Below are positions 11,400 through 24,753 of a stretch of 64,000 nucleotides of DNA, piece after piece; the stretch's first letter is position 1, and every line of letters begins with the position of its first letter. The position numbers and the translations under genes are program-made. The notes below the pieces were generated by a model, which saw nothing but the letters and a program-made list of their open reading frames with translations, was not told the DNA's origin and made no database searches. This DNA is from Squalus acanthias (lineage: Eukaryota), in NCBI GenBank assembly GCA_030390025.1, contig CM059432.1, positions 76,634,001 through 76,698,000 of the forward strand, given 5' to 3'.

Positions 11400-14109
11400 C
11401 TAAAATACGGCCACTAATGGAGCCAGGGGAACTTGAACAGTGGAAGCGAGGAGATTTGGGAGAGAAAGGGCAAAGGATGGCTGCAGATTCCCATAGATAG
11501 AGGTGAAACAGGTTAGTTGCTGCTTTATTTCTTCTTGCTGTTGCTACAATTCTACACGCTTTTGGTGCTTTCCATAGTTGTTTCAAGTTTCAAAGGTATA
11601 CAGGGAGTAATGTGGCAGGTGCTGAAGTACTTTTTCCTGACTTCAAGGCTTCCTGACATGGGTGCACTAGTAGGGCTTCCTCTTGGAAGCGAGCACGACT
11701 GGGAGAATGAGCAGAGACCATGCAGAGCAGGACAAGCTGCTAGAAGAGAGAGGAGGAGGATGGGGAGAATGGCTCTCAGCAGGAGGCCATATCCGCCCAG
11801 GATGTTGAGGGAGCAATTCTCCTACCTGAACTTCAGCGACAACCAATGGTTGAGATGTCTGCGCTTCACTAAGGAGCTCTTCACTGAAATCTGACAACTG
11901 CTGCAGCCACAACTCCAAACTCAGAGCAGGGCAAGGACCACATTGCCATTGGCTGTGAAGGTGACCGTGGCTATGAACAATCATGTGCCTGGCTCCTTCC
12001 AGGCTGGTGCGGAGATATTTACAACATCTCGCAGTTTTCAGTGCACTGTTGCATAAGGGAGGTCACTGATGCTCTCTATTCAAAGAGAGATAACTTAATT
12101 TCATTCCCTCTTGCCAGAGAGAAGCAGGCGGAGCGAGCACAAAGGTTTGCAAGGATTGCAGGCTTCCCCATGGTGCAGGGTGCCATTGACTGCAGGCATA
12201 TTGCTTTGCGTGCACCTCATGTCTACTCTGCCATGTACTGGAACCAAAAGGGATTCCACTCCCTCAACATGCAGCTGGTGTGTGACCATAGGCAGTGCAT
12301 CATGCAGGTCAATGTCCGATATCTTGGCAGCAGTCATGATTCCTTCATTCTGCAACAGTCCTCTGTTCCACCTGTATTTGAACCACCTTGGCAAGTCAAA
12401 GGCTGGCTAATAGGTGGCAAGAGTTATCCACTCATGACATGGCTCACATCATCCGGTCCAGAACCCACACACACATGCACAGCAGGCATACAATGAGGGC
12501 CATGCTGCCACAAGGAACATTATAGAGCACACCGTCAGACAGACATCTCCAAGTTTGCAGTCCACCATTGTATCAAGGAGGTCACCAAGGCTCTCTATGC
12601 CAGGAAGAATACCTATATCTCTTTCCCAATACAGGGAGAGCACTTCGCTCACATTGCAGACTTTCCCAGGGTGCAAGGTGCCATAGACTGCACCCACGTG
12701 GCCTTGCATCACCATCCTAGCATCGTTCTGAATAGGAAGGGATTCCACTCTCTCACTGTCTATCTTGTTTGCAACCACAGGCAATGCATCATGCAGGTCT
12801 GCGTCTGGTTTCCCAGCAGCAGTCATGACTCATTCATCCTGCGTCAGTCCTCTATGCCGCCTTTATTCCAAGCAGGCCATCAGGTTACAAACTGGATATT
12901 GAGCGACAAGGGCTATTCTCTTCAGACTTAGCTCATGACTCCTGTTAGTAACTGGGGCATAGCTGCAGAGGTGGCCTACAACGAGAGCCATCCTGCCACC
13001 AGGAATGCAATTGAGCAGACTGTCTGGTGTTCAAGCAACGCTTCCGCTGCCTGGACCACTTGCCAGTAGCTTTTCAGTACAGTCCTGACTATGTATCCAG
13101 ATTTGTGGTCTTCTGCTGCATGCTGCATAACTTTGTCATCATGAGGGACCAGTCCTTGCACCCATCTGGGCAACAGGAAGGGCAGCAGGAGGAGCAGGAG
13201 CGTACAGAGGATAAAGAACAGGAGCAGCATTGACTACCAGTGCCCCTTTCTGCCAGAGCTCTCAGAGAGCAGCTCATCAAAAATCGCTTCAAGCGAATCA
13301 TCCCTCCCATCCCCAATACACCAAAAGTTCCACAATCCTTATCATCACCATCCTTACTACCACCATCCGATTGCCTTCCTTCATCCAGACTTATGGATCT
13401 TGCCCTCACTTCTCTACAAATAACCAATACTAAATCCAGAATGAAAAACAAATTTATCAAACAACTCACCAGTGGCTTTGTATCCCCCTGTCCTCGTTCC
13501 TGCGCACATGTGCCCGGTGATTTGCTACATGAAGGATCATCCTCTAGCCTAGCCTCTAAAGTAGGTGTGGTTCCAGTTTCTGAGCTAGTGCGTGATAGAG
13601 TAAGATCAAGTGATGCTGCATCTTCACAAAGGCTGGTCTCCTCTTCCTAAGGTGGCAGTGGTATCTCCACATTTTCAGCACCTGAAATGAAAGAGGGACT
13701 AGAATTAGGTTTTATTGTGAAGAGAGAGCAAAGAAAGATGAGTGGCTGGTGAATGCAGCTGCAGTGTATCATGCAGAGTGTGTAGAGTGAGACAGAGGTA
13801 ATAAAGGAAAAATAGGATAACGTGTGGAGAAACCCTGTATGATGTCTCCCCCAGCATCGCCACTCGCCACAGCCATGACTCTCCCCCAAGCCCGTGTTGG
13901 CCAGCAGGTGCTGGGTGACTTTAAGTGGCGTCAGAGAAGCTCAATTTCCTGCATCCCAAAACAAGTAGTGCCGGCTGCACGACTACATCATTTTAGTGAG
14001 GTCCCAGCACAAATTTCATGTGGTCCCAATTGACCATGTGAAGAGGTGCATGCAGAGTGTGCTCCACCCCCTGCACACCCGTTTTTGAGCACAATTACAT
14101 TTCTAGGCC
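11400..14109 (+). mobile_element. degenerate PIF/Harbinger element A (left end uncertain)
   Basis: HARBI1-like transposase remnants on +; Myb-gene exon remnants on - at ~13480-13880; right end TTTCTAGGCC resembles the right end of element B. Confidence 0.8.
11658..13295 (+). pseudogene. Harbinger (HARBI1-like) DDE transposase, disrupted, catalytic core present twice
   Basis: GFPMVQGAIDCRH...NQKGFHSLNMQLVCDH...GSSHDSFIL, then again VQGAIDCTH...NRKGFHSL...SSHDSFILRQS...LSDKGY; ends FKQRFRCLD...CCMLHNF. Confidence 0.88.
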
Positions 14110-15434
14110 ATGGTGTGTGAATTTCAGTATGTGAACACATAATGCATTAGTCCAGTTAAACCAAATCCTCGTTAAAATACAGAGAAACAAAGGAACTGCA
14201 CATGAATTTCACACTAACATTTGTATGCTAATATTCGCCTAGTACAATTTCAACACGCTAGTCTTTTTGTAACAGAGTGATGTCTATAGTTTACTCCTGT
14301 TTGCTGTGAACTTTACACAAGGCACCTGAGCCAACACTACCAACTAACAGTTTGATGAATCAGAGGAACAAGCCACATCCATTACAGTAAACTAAGCTCA
14401 ACTCACAATGACTGCATTCTTAGCATTGATTCAAAGTGCTTCCACAACCTTCTAACCCAGAGAAATATTCTTTGCTTCTCCGGCTACTGAAACAGCCTTG
14501 AAACTGATCGACTCTTTACAAAGCAAAATTGCAGTCCTGAGACTGATTTATTTCTATTACCTTAGCTGGAAGGAACACTTTAAAAAAAAATGTGCTGCAT
14601 CGAGATTCAATCAATGCACAAGCAGTGATTTTGAACTGGAGGGACTGTTTCCCATTAATGTATGAGACATTTGCACTCCCCCTATATGGAGCAAAGAATG
14701 GATGGTTAGTGCTCGGATCTTCACCATAAGGATATCACTTCATTTCATTATAAGAGGAGTGTAATTCCATTCAGTTGCATGGTAAGTGAATTACAATACT
14801 CACATTTCTTCATACAAATGGAGTCTATTTAAACCCACAATCTCTATCAGTTAATTACATGCTTAATTTTGTTCTTAAACATCCACTGAAACAGTTAAAA
14901 ATTGATCTCTCTTATTGAGATTGAGTCGGCTTAGTTTTGTGGTATTAGTGAGCCCAAAATATGGCACAGACTTTGTGGCATAACAAGTGTAAAATATTGC
15001 TCATATTCTGGTAGAGGGTGTACAAGGTTGTGTCCAACCAAGTTACTAGATTATTCCATATGTTGCACATAATATACATAATTGGCAAGCATGGAATTCT
15101 AATTTTTTCTCACTAATAAAGATAACCTCAGTTTGTTACTTTTGAGTTGTGTCCTCACCAGTAAAACATGGATAGTGCTTTATACTTACTCAGTATGTGT
15201 TCTATTTATTCCATAGACTCATGGTTTAAGCATGTTGAAATAGTAATTTGTAACAAAATCTTCAAACACCTCTGAGACTTACTTGCTTTAATTCAGTTGC
15301 ACTTCTTATTTCTGAGACGACATTGCCCAAAGTGAGAGCATGTTAGCCATTAGGAAGTGATTGCAGTGCTAATTATCATTTGCCAATATTAGCCCTACAT
15401 AATATCACATAGGGAACACAACAGGGAAAAGCAT

Positions 15435-18066
15435 CCCAGTATTAGGAATAGACAAAATATATGGCTGGAGAGCTGGTGCAGGAGGGAGGGCTTTAGATTC
15501 CTGGGACACTGGGACCGGTTCTGGAGGAGGTGGGACCTGTACAGGCCGGACGGGTTGCACCTCGACAGAGCTGGAACCAATGTCGTCGCTGGGGGGGTTT
15601 GCTAGTGCAGTTGGGGAGGGTTTAAACTAATTTGGCAGGGGGATGGGCACCAGGATGTAACATTAGAAAGGAGAAACAAAGTGCACAAAGGATGGGAGAG
15701 AGAGATAGCACTAGAGTAAGAAATAGTATGGTATTAGGTGGGGTCAGACTAAGAGAGAATACAAGAAGGTCGAAGATAGGTATACAGTGCATGTGTGTGA
15801 ATGCACAAAGCGTGGTAAATAAGGTTGGTGAGCTGCAGGTGCAAATAGCCACATGGGAATAATATGTGGTGGTGATAATGGAGACCTGACTCAAAAAGGG
15901 CAGGATTGGGTTTTAAATATTCCTGGATATAAGGTGTTCAGGAACGGATCTGGCCCGGGTAAATTGGAATCAAACATTGGCAGGCAAACTGTAATCGAAC
16001 AATGAGCTGCCTTTAAAGAGGAGATGGTTCGGGTACAGTCGCGTTACATTCCCATGAGGGGGAAAGGTAGAGCAACTAAACCCAGAGCTCCCTGGATGAC
16101 AAAAGAGATAGAGAGTAAGATGAAGCAGAGAATGAGCGCGTATGACAGATGTCAGGTTGAGAATACAAGTGAGAATCAGGCTATATATAGAAAGGTCAGA
16201 GGGGAAGTGAAAAAGGAAATAAGAGGGGCAAAGAGAGAGTATGAGAATAGATTGGCAGCTAACATAAAAGGGAATTCAAAAGTCTTCTATAGGCATATAA
16301 ATAGTAAACGGGTAGTAAAAGGAGGGGTGGGGCCGATTAGGGACCAAAAAGGAGACCTACGCATGGAGGCAGAGGGCATGGCTGAGGTACTAAGTGAATA
16401 CTTTGCATCTGTCTTCACCAAGGAACAAGATGCTGCCAAAGTCATAGTGAAAGAGGAGGTAGTGGAGGTAGTGGAGATACTGGGTGAGATAAAAATTGAT
16501 AAAGAGGAGGTACTAGAAAGGCTGTCTGTACTTAAAGTTGTTAAATTACCAGGACCGGATGGGATGCATCCTAGAATGCTGAGGGAAGTTAAGGAGGAAA
16601 TCGCGGAGGTACTGACCATAATCTTCCAATCCTTCTTAGATACAGGGGTGGTGCCAGAGGACTGGAGAATTGCAAATGTTACACCCTTGTTCAAAAAAGG
16701 GTAGAAGGATAAATTCAGCAACTACAGGCCAGTCAGTTTAACCTCAGTAGTGGGGAAGCTTTTAGAAATGATAATCAGGGACAAAGTTAACAGCCACTTG
16801 GATAAGTGTGTATTAATTAAGTAAAGCCAGCATGGATTTGATCGAGTTTTTTGATGAGGTTAATGACGGCAATGCGGTTGATGTGGTGTACATGGACTTC
16901 CAAAAGGCGTTTGATAAAGTGCCACATAATAGGCTTGGCAGCAAAGTTGAAGCCCATGGAATAAAAGGGACAGTGGTGGCATGGATCCGAAATTGGCTAA
17001 GTGACAGGAAATAGAGAGTAGTGATGAATGGTTGTTTTTCGGACTGGAGAAAGGTATACACTGGTATTCCCCAAGGGTCGATACTAGGACCACTGCTTTT
17101 CTTGATATATATTAATGACTTGGACAGGGCACAATTTCAAAATTTGCAGATGACACTAAACTTGGAAGTATAGTGAACAGTGAGGAGGATAGTGACAAAC
17201 TTCAAGAGTACAGAGTCTGGCTGTTGAAATGGGCGGACACGTGGCAGATGAGATTTAACGCCGAAAAGTGCAAAGTGATACATTTTGGTAGGAAGAATGA
17301 GGAGAGGCAATATAAACTAAAGGGTACAATTCTAAAGGGGGTGCATGAACAGAGAGACTTGGGGGTATATGTACACAAATCATTGCAGGTAGCAGGGCAG
17401 GTTGAGAAAGCAGTTAAAAAATCATATGGGATCCTGGGCTTCATAAATAGAGGCATGGAGTACAAAAGCAAGCAAGTTATGATGAACCTTTTTAAGACAC
17501 TGGTTCGGCCTCAACTGGAGTATTGTGTCCAATTCTGGGCACCACACTTTAGGAAGGATGTGAAGGTCTTAGAGAGGGTGCAGAAAAGATTTACGAGAAT
17601 GGTTCCAGGGATGAGGTACTTCAGTTACGTGGATAGACTGGAGGAGCTGGGGTTGTTCTCCTTAGAGCAGAGAAGGTTGAGAGGAGATTTGATAGAGGTG
17701 TTCAAAATCATGAGGGGTCTAGACAGAGTAGATAGAGAGAAACTGTTCCCATTGACGGAAGGGTCGAGAACCAGAGGACACAAATTTAAGGTGATTGGCA
17801 AAAGAACCAAAGGCGACATGAGGAAAAACGTTTTTACTCAGTGAGTGGTTAGGATCTGGAATGCACTGCCTGAGAGGGTGGTGGAGGCAGAGTCAAGCGT
17901 GGCTTTCAAAATGGAATTGGATAAGTAGCTGAAGGAAAAAAATTTGCAGGGCTACGGGGAAAGCGCGGAGGAGTAGGACTAGCTGAAGTGCTTTTACAGA
18001 GAGCCGGCATGGGCTCGATGAGTCGAATGGCCTCCTTCTGTGCTGTAACCATTCTATGATTCTATA
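15435..18066 (+). mobile_element. CR1 LINE with ORF1 end and internally deleted ORF2
   Basis: ORF1 tail (FRFLGHWDRFW...DGLHL); EN start CMCVNAQSVVNK; RT PGPDGMHPR, WRIANVTPLFKKG, VYMDFQKAFDKVPH; tail ATTCTATGATTCTA. Confidence 0.93.
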
Positions 18067-18502
18067 ATCTGGGTCTTTAGCATCCAGTTAGGATCACAAA
18101 AATTTTATGACAAAATTCTTAATCCATGTGGACATTCCCAGAACTTTTTTATAAATTGCCTAATTTTAGATTTGCAATGCCAGCAATTCCTATAGCCTGT
18201 GAAGTCCAACAAGAATTAAATGTGCTACTGAATGCTTTAAGTTTAAAGATTTTCTTGTTAGTGACCCTAAAAGCAAGTATGCATCCACCAACCTGATCCC
18301 AGTGAATGATATTGCAGGAGATCCTGAGTTCTCTCTTCCACATAAGGTCAAATGTTAAAGACATTGTAACAAGGAATATGTTCCAATATTTCACTTAGTG
18401 GGACTTTGCTGCATTCACTGTACTTTCTATATGGTTTATGTATATTTTCACTTGATTAGCTCTCTGCAAGGGTCTCCAAGAAAATCAATACTTTATTCTG
18501 AA

Positions 18503-18715
18503 CCATAGAAGTTTATAGCACAGTGCCTGTTCCGGTTCTTTGCTAGAGCAATCCTAAACTAATCCCACCACTCAGCTATCTCCCCATATCTATCTCTGCT
18601 TCAAATACTTTTTCACCTTTTCCTTAAAAATTGTAATGTATCTGCCTCAACTACTCCCTGTGGCAAAGCACTCCATGCTCCAACAACTCGCTGCTGAAAC
18701 AAATGTCCCCTACTC
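18503..18715 (-). mobile_element. degenerate CR1 3' fragment
   Basis: CATAGAAGTTTATAGCACAG start and GCCTCAACTACTCCCTGTGGCAAAGCACTCCA resemble the CR1 3' end at 7908-8120. Confidence 0.5.
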
Positions 18716-19435
18716 TGTGGATTTATGAAGGTGGTGCAATGGACTGGCACTAACACTCCTCATGACCACTACATGCAGCACCACCTCCACTTCAGCAGTC
18801 TTCAAACAAGGAATGAGTGCTGGGCTGCTTTGTCACTTGACTGCAAACTCATGCCTGCACATTGGGTTTCCTTTTCTTTCATTTTAACCTGTTATTTCCT
18901 AGCCTTCTGCCCCTTCAGCCTTGGCAAAGACTACGAAGGGGTTGTGATGTCTTTTGAGTGCTGCAAGAATTATTGTGCCCTATTTTGCCACTTCCCTTTA
19001 ATTATCCCTTTAAATTTCACCTATATGCAATTTTCTGCTCCCACCATGAACATGCTCCCTCCACCCATCCAAATTTGCACTGGAGCTGTACATTATTATG
19101 CAAATGGTCTGGCTCATGAATTTTGAGTGCTATAAGCATATTGCCACTCTGGTGAGATTAGCACCAGTTCTTAACCACTTAAAAGTAGACATATCACTGC
19201 ATGAAAATCAGCTTACTGTCTCTAAAGGATAAACAAAGGCTAGAAGGGAATACTTTCTGCAGAAAGGAGTCTAACATCTCTCTCCTTTATAGCATATTTG
19301 CATGGTAATTATTTTTGAAATGGAGTTACAGCAGAGCACTTTGCACAAAATGTACTCTTCCCGAGTCTTACCTTCAACTTCCACCTCTGGGATTCACTGA
19401 GGGAAGTGGTGCAGTGTGATATTAGAGTACTGTTG

Positions 19436-20477
19436 CTTGGCAGGTTGTAACTAGTGGGGTACCGCGAGGATCAGTGCTTGGGCCTCAGCTATTCACAATC
19501 TACATCAGTGATTTGGATGAGGGGACCAAATGTAATATATCCAAGTTTGCTGATGATACAAAGTTGGGTGGAAATGTAAGTTGTGAGGAGGATGCAAGGA
19601 GGCTTCAAGGGGATATAGGCAGCCTAAGTGAGTGGGCAAGAACATGGCAAATGGAATATAATGTGGAGAAATGTGCAGTTATCCACTTTGGTAGGAAAAA
19701 TAGAAAAGCAGAGTATTTTTTAAATGGTGAGAGATTGGGAAATGTTGGTGTTCAGAGGGACCTGGGTGTCCTTGTACATGAATCACTGAAAGTTAACATG
19801 CAGTTACAGCAAGCAATTAGGAAAGCAATTGGTATGTTGGCCTTTATTACAGGATTTGAGTATAAGAGTCTTACTGCAATTATATAGGGCCCTGGTGAGA
19901 CCACACCTGGAGTATTGTGTACAGTTTTGGTCTCCTTACCTAAGGAAGGATATACTTGCCATAGAGGGAGTGCAACGAAGGTTCACCAGACTGGTTCCTG
20001 GGATGGGGGGATTGTCCTATGAGGACAGATTGAGTAGACTAGGCCTATAATCTCTAGAGTTTATAAGAATGAGAGGTGATCTCATTGAAACATACAAAAT
20101 TCTTACAGGGCTTGACAGGGTAGATGCAGAGAGGATGTTTCCCCTGGCTGGGGAGTCTAGAACCAGGGGTCACAGTTTCAGAATAAGGGGTCGGCCATTT
20201 AGGACTGAGATGAGAAGAAATTTCTTCACTCAGAGGGTGGTAAATCTTAGGAATTCTCAATCCCAGAGGGCTGTGGAGGCTCAGTCGTTGAGTATATTCA
20301 AGACAGAGATCGATAGATTTTTGAATATTAAGGGAATCAAGGGATATGGGGATAGTTCAGGAAAGTGGAGATTAGGTAGAAGATCAGCCATGATCTTATT
20401 GAATGGCGGAGCAGGCTCAAAGGGCCAAATTACCTACTCCTGTTCCTATTTCTTATGTTCTTATGTATGTTCTTATG
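19436..20477 (+). mobile_element. 5'-truncated CR1 LINE
   Basis: [32 protein letters not shown]; (TTCTTATG)n tail. Confidence 0.93.
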
Positions 20478-22186
20478 ACTCTAGATGAGGTGTAAATGAC
20501 AATGGCAGAATCATCAACAGCTGCCATGAGAGAGAAAAAAGAAAACATAGGGGCCGAGGTTATAGTCGGAAATTGTTGAACTCGATGTTGAGTCCAGATG
20601 GCTGTAAAGTGCCTAATCGAAAGTTGAGGTGCTGTTCCTTGAGCTTACGTTGAGCTTCATTGGAACAGTGTAAGAGGCCGAGGACGGAGAGATCAGAGTG
20701 GGAGTGGAGTGGAGAATTAAAGTGACAGGCGACCGGAAGCTCGGGGTCACGCTTACGGACAGAACGGCAACTCTCTGACACCTCCTCCTACCTCCCCATG
20801 GACCATGACTCCACTACCAAACATCAAGCCATTGTTTTCAAGACTCTCACTGACCTCAGCTCCTCTGGAGATCTTCCCTCCGTGGCTGTCTACCTCATAG
20901 TCCCCCAACACCGCATAGCCCACTTCTACCTCCTTCCCAAGATCCACAAACAGGGTTGCCCTGGTAGATCCATCGTTTCAGCCTGTTGTTGCCCCACGGA
21001 ACTGATTTCTTCCTATCTCGATGCAATTTTTTCTCCCCTTGTCCCACCTACATTTGCGACTCTTCCGACGCCCTCCGCCACTTTAACAGTTTCCAGTTTC
21101 CTGGCCCCACCGTCTCCTTTTCACTATGGACGTCCAATCCCTCTACACCTCCATCCCCCACCAGGATGGCCTGAAGGCGCGCCGCTTCTTCCTTGAACAG
21201 AGGTCCAACCAGTCCCCATCCACCACCAACCTCCTCTGCCTGGCTGAACTTGTTCTCACATTGAACAACTTCTCCTTTGACTCCACTCACTTCCTCCAAA
21301 TTAAAGGTGTTGCTATGGAAACCCACATTGGCCCTAGCTATGTCTGCCTTTTTGTGGGATATGTGGAACTTTCTTTGTTCCAGTCCTACTCTGGTCCCCT
21401 CCCTCACCACTTTTTCCGGTACATTGATGATGTATTGGTGCCATTTCCTGCTCTCATCCGGAACTAGAAAATTTCATTCACTTTGCTTCCAATTTCCACC
21501 CTTCCCTCACCTTCACATGGTCCATTTCTGATTCTTCCCTTCCCTTCCTCGACTTCTCTGTCTCCATTTCTGGGGATAGGCTATCGAGAAACATCCACTA
21601 TAAGCCCACTGACTCCCACAGCTACCTGGACTACACTTCCTCTCACCCTGCTTCCTGTAAGGACTTTATTCCATTCTCCCAGTTTCTCTGTCTCCACCGC
21701 ATCTGTTACGACGATGCCACCTTCCATACTAGTGCTTCCGATATGTCTTCCTTTTTCCTCAACCGAGGATTCCCCTCTACTGTGGTTGACACAACCCTTG
21801 ACCGTGTCCGTTCCATTTCCCGCACTTCTGCTCTCACCCCTTCCCCTTCCTCCCAGAACCACGATAGGGTTCCCCTTGTCCTCACCTTCCACCCCACCAG
21901 CCTCCACATTCAACGGATCATCCTCCGCCATTTCCGCCACCTCCAATGTGATCCCACCACCAAACTCATCTTCCCCTCACCTCCCCTTTCAGCATTCCGC
22001 AGGGACCGCTCCCTCTGCAACACCCTTATTCACTCCTCTATCACCCCCAACACCCCTTCCCCTTCCCACGGCACCTTCCCGTGCAAGCACAGGAGAAACA
22101 ATGCCTGCTCTTTTACCTCCTCCCTTCCCATTGTCCAGGGCCCCAAACACTCCTTCCAGGTGAAACAGCGATTTACTTGTACTTCT

Positions 22187-24185
22187 CGATCCGAACCTAG
22201 ACTCATGTCCAAATTCCTGCCCGCTCCCCGTAACCCTTAATGCCCTTTACTTCTAGGAAACTGTCTATTTCTGTTTTAAATTTAATTAATGTTGTAGCTT
22301 CTACAGCTTTTTGTGGCAGCATATTCCATGGACCTACCACCCTCTGAGTGAAGTAGTTCCTCCTCATCTCAGTTTTGAAAGAGCAGCCCCTTATTCTAAG
22401 ACTATGTCCCCTAGTTCTCGTCTCACCCGTCATCGGGAACATCCTCCCCGCATCCACCCGATCCAACCCCTTCACAATCTTATATGTTTCAATAAGATCG
22501 CCTCTCATTCTTCTGAACTCCAATGAGTAGAGTCCCAATCTACCCAACCTCTCCTCATATGACCACCCCCTCATCTCCGGGATTAACCGAGTGAACCTTT
22601 TTTGCACTGCTTCGAGAGCAAGGATGTCTTTCCTTAAGTAAGGACACCAAAACTGTATGCAGTATTCCAGGTGCGGTCTCACCAATACCTTGTACAACTG
22701 AAGCAATACCTCCCTATTTTTATATTCTATCCCCCTAGCAATGAAAGCCAACATTCCATTTGCCTTCTTAATCACTTGCTGCACCTGCATACTAACCTTT
22801 TGAGTTTCGTGCACCAGGACCCCCAGATCCCTTTGCACTTCAGTACTCTCCAGTTTCTTGCCATTAAGATAATAAATTGCTCTAGGATTTTTCCTGCCAA
22901 AGTGCATCACCTCACACTTTCCAGTGCTGTATTCCATCTGCCAAATCTCTGCCCACTTACTTAGCCTGTCTATGTCCCCTTGCAGGTTTTTTATGTCCTC
23001 CTCACTCACTACTTTCCCTCCCATCTTTGTATCATCTGCAAATTTTGATATGTTACACTTGGTCCCTTCCTCCAAATCGTTAATATAGATTGTGAAGAGT
23101 TGGGGACCCAGCACTGACCCCTGTGGAACACCACTAGTTACTGATTGCCAGTCTGAGAATGAACCATTTATCCCAACTCTTTGCTTTCTGTTAGATAGCC
23201 AATCCTCTATCCATGCCAGAATATTACCCCCAATCCCGTGATTTTTTACCTTAAGCAATAATCTTTTGTGTGGCACCTTGTCAAATGCCTTTTGGAAGTC
23301 TAAATACACTACGTCCACTGGTTCCCCTTTATCCACTCTATATGTTACTTCCTCAAAGAACTCCAGCAAATTTGTCAAACATGACTTCCCCTTCGTAAAA
23401 CCATGCTGACTTTGTCCTATTAAATTATGATTATCCAAATGTCTTGTTACTGTTTCCTTAATAATGGACTCTAAAATTTTACCTACCACAGATGTTAGGC
23501 TAACCGGTCTATAGTTACCAGCCTTCTGTCTACTGCCCTTTTTAAATAAGGGTGTTACATTAGCAGTTTTCCAGTCTGCCGGGACCTTAGCGGAATCCAG
23601 GGAGTTTTGAAAAATTATTACCAATGCATCTACAATCCCTACCGCCACTTCCTTCAAGACTCTAGGATGTAAGCCATCAGGTCCAGGTGATTTATCCGCC
23701 TTGAGTCCCATTATTTTACCGAGTACCACTTCCTTAGTGATTTTGATCGTGTTTAGCTCCTCTCCCCCTATAGCCCCCTGTTTGTCCAGTGTTGGGATAT
23801 TCTTAGTGTCCTCTACTGTAAAGACTGATACAAAATATTCATTCAGTGTTTTTGCCATCTCCATATTTCCCACCATTAATTTCCCGGTCTCATCCTCTAA
23901 GGGACCAACATTTACTTTAGCCACCCTTTTTCTTTTTATATAACTATAAAAACTCTTACTATCTGTTTTTATATTTTTTGCTAATTTACTTTCATAATCT
24001 ATCTTCCCTTTCTTAATCAATCTTTTTGTTATTTTTTGCTGCCTTTTAAAGTTTTCCCAATCCTCTGTCCTCCCACTAGATTTCGCTACCTTATATGCCC
24101 TTGTTTTTAGTCGAATACTATCCTTAATTTCTTTACTTAGCCACGGATGACTGTCCTTTCTTTTACACCCTTTTCTTTTCAGTGG
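22187..24185 (-). mobile_element. CR1 LINE fragment nested in the Penelope-like ORF
   Basis: Penelope reading ...RFTCTS | NLVYC... is split around it; lacks both the 5' part and the terminal TTCTTATG tail. Confidence 0.93.
22203..24020 (-). CDS. uninterrupted 605-aa CR1 ORF2 fragment (complete RT domain, no endonuclease)
   Basis: [55 protein letters not shown], no stops; TE-derived, expression unknown. Confidence 0.75.
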   Translation of the reverse strand: MIKKGKIDYESKLAKNIKTDSKSFYSYIKRKRVAKVNVGPLEDETGKLMVGNMEMAKTLNEYFVSVFTVEDTKNIPTLDKQGAIGGEELNTIKITKEVVLGKIMGLKADKSPGPDGLHPRVLKEVAVGIVDALVIIFQNSLDSAKVPADWKTANVTPLFKKGSRQKAGNYRPVSLTSVVGKILESIIKETVTRHLDNHNLIGQSQHGFTKGKSCLTNLLEFFEEVTYRVDKGEPVDVVYLDFQKAFDKVPHKRLLLKVKNHGIGGNILAWIEDWLSNRKQRVGINGSFSDWQSVTSGVPQGSVLGPQLFTIYINDLEEGTKCNISKFADDTKMGGKVVSEEDIKNLQGDIDRLSKWAEIWQMEYSTGKCEVMHFGRKNPRAIYYLNGKKLESTEVQRDLGVLVHETQKVSMQVQQVIKKANGMLAFIARGIEYKNREVLLQLYKVLVRPHLEYCIQFWCPYLRKDILALEAVQKRFTRLIPEMRGWSYEERLGRLGLYSLEFRRMRGDLIETYKIVKGLDRVDAGRMFPMTGETRTRGHSLRIRGCSFKTEMRRNYFTQRVVGPWNMLPQKAVEATTLIKFKTEIDSFLEVKGIKGYGERAGIWT

Positions 24186-24753
24186 AACAATTTAGTATAC
24201 TGTTTTCGTTGCTCTCGATGCAGTCTCCTCTATAATGAGGAGACCAAGCGCAGATTGGATGACCACTTTGTGGAACACCTCCGTTCAGTCCGTAAGCGTG
24301 ACCCCGAGCTTCCGGTCACTTGTCACTTTAAATCTCCACTCCACTCTCACTCCGATCTCTCTGTCCTTGCCCTGTTACACTGTTCCAACGAAGCTCAATG
24401 TAACCTTGAGGAACAGCACCTCATCTTTCAATTAGGCACTTTACAGCCATCTGGACTCAACATCGAGTTAAACAATTTCAGACTATAACCTTGGCCCCTA
24501 TGTTTTCTTTTTTCTCTCACATGGCAGCTGTTGATGATTCTGCCATTGTCATTTACACCTCATCTAGAGCCATCTTTTGTTTCTTTACTTGTCCCATTAC
24601 CATTTCCTTTTGCCTTGCACCATCATCCCTTTTGCCTTTTAATCTCTCCTGCCTTCCATCCTATCACAGACCTTCCCTTTGTTCTTTCCGCCCCTCCTCC
24701 CTTTCCCTGCCCCACACTTGCTTAAAAATCTTGTTACATCTCTAACTTTTTAC

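Noticed and set aside
11658..13295. Host HARBI1 gene
   Set aside because: Stops, frameshifts and several divergent copies with TIR/TSD context indicate transposon relics, not the domesticated gene.
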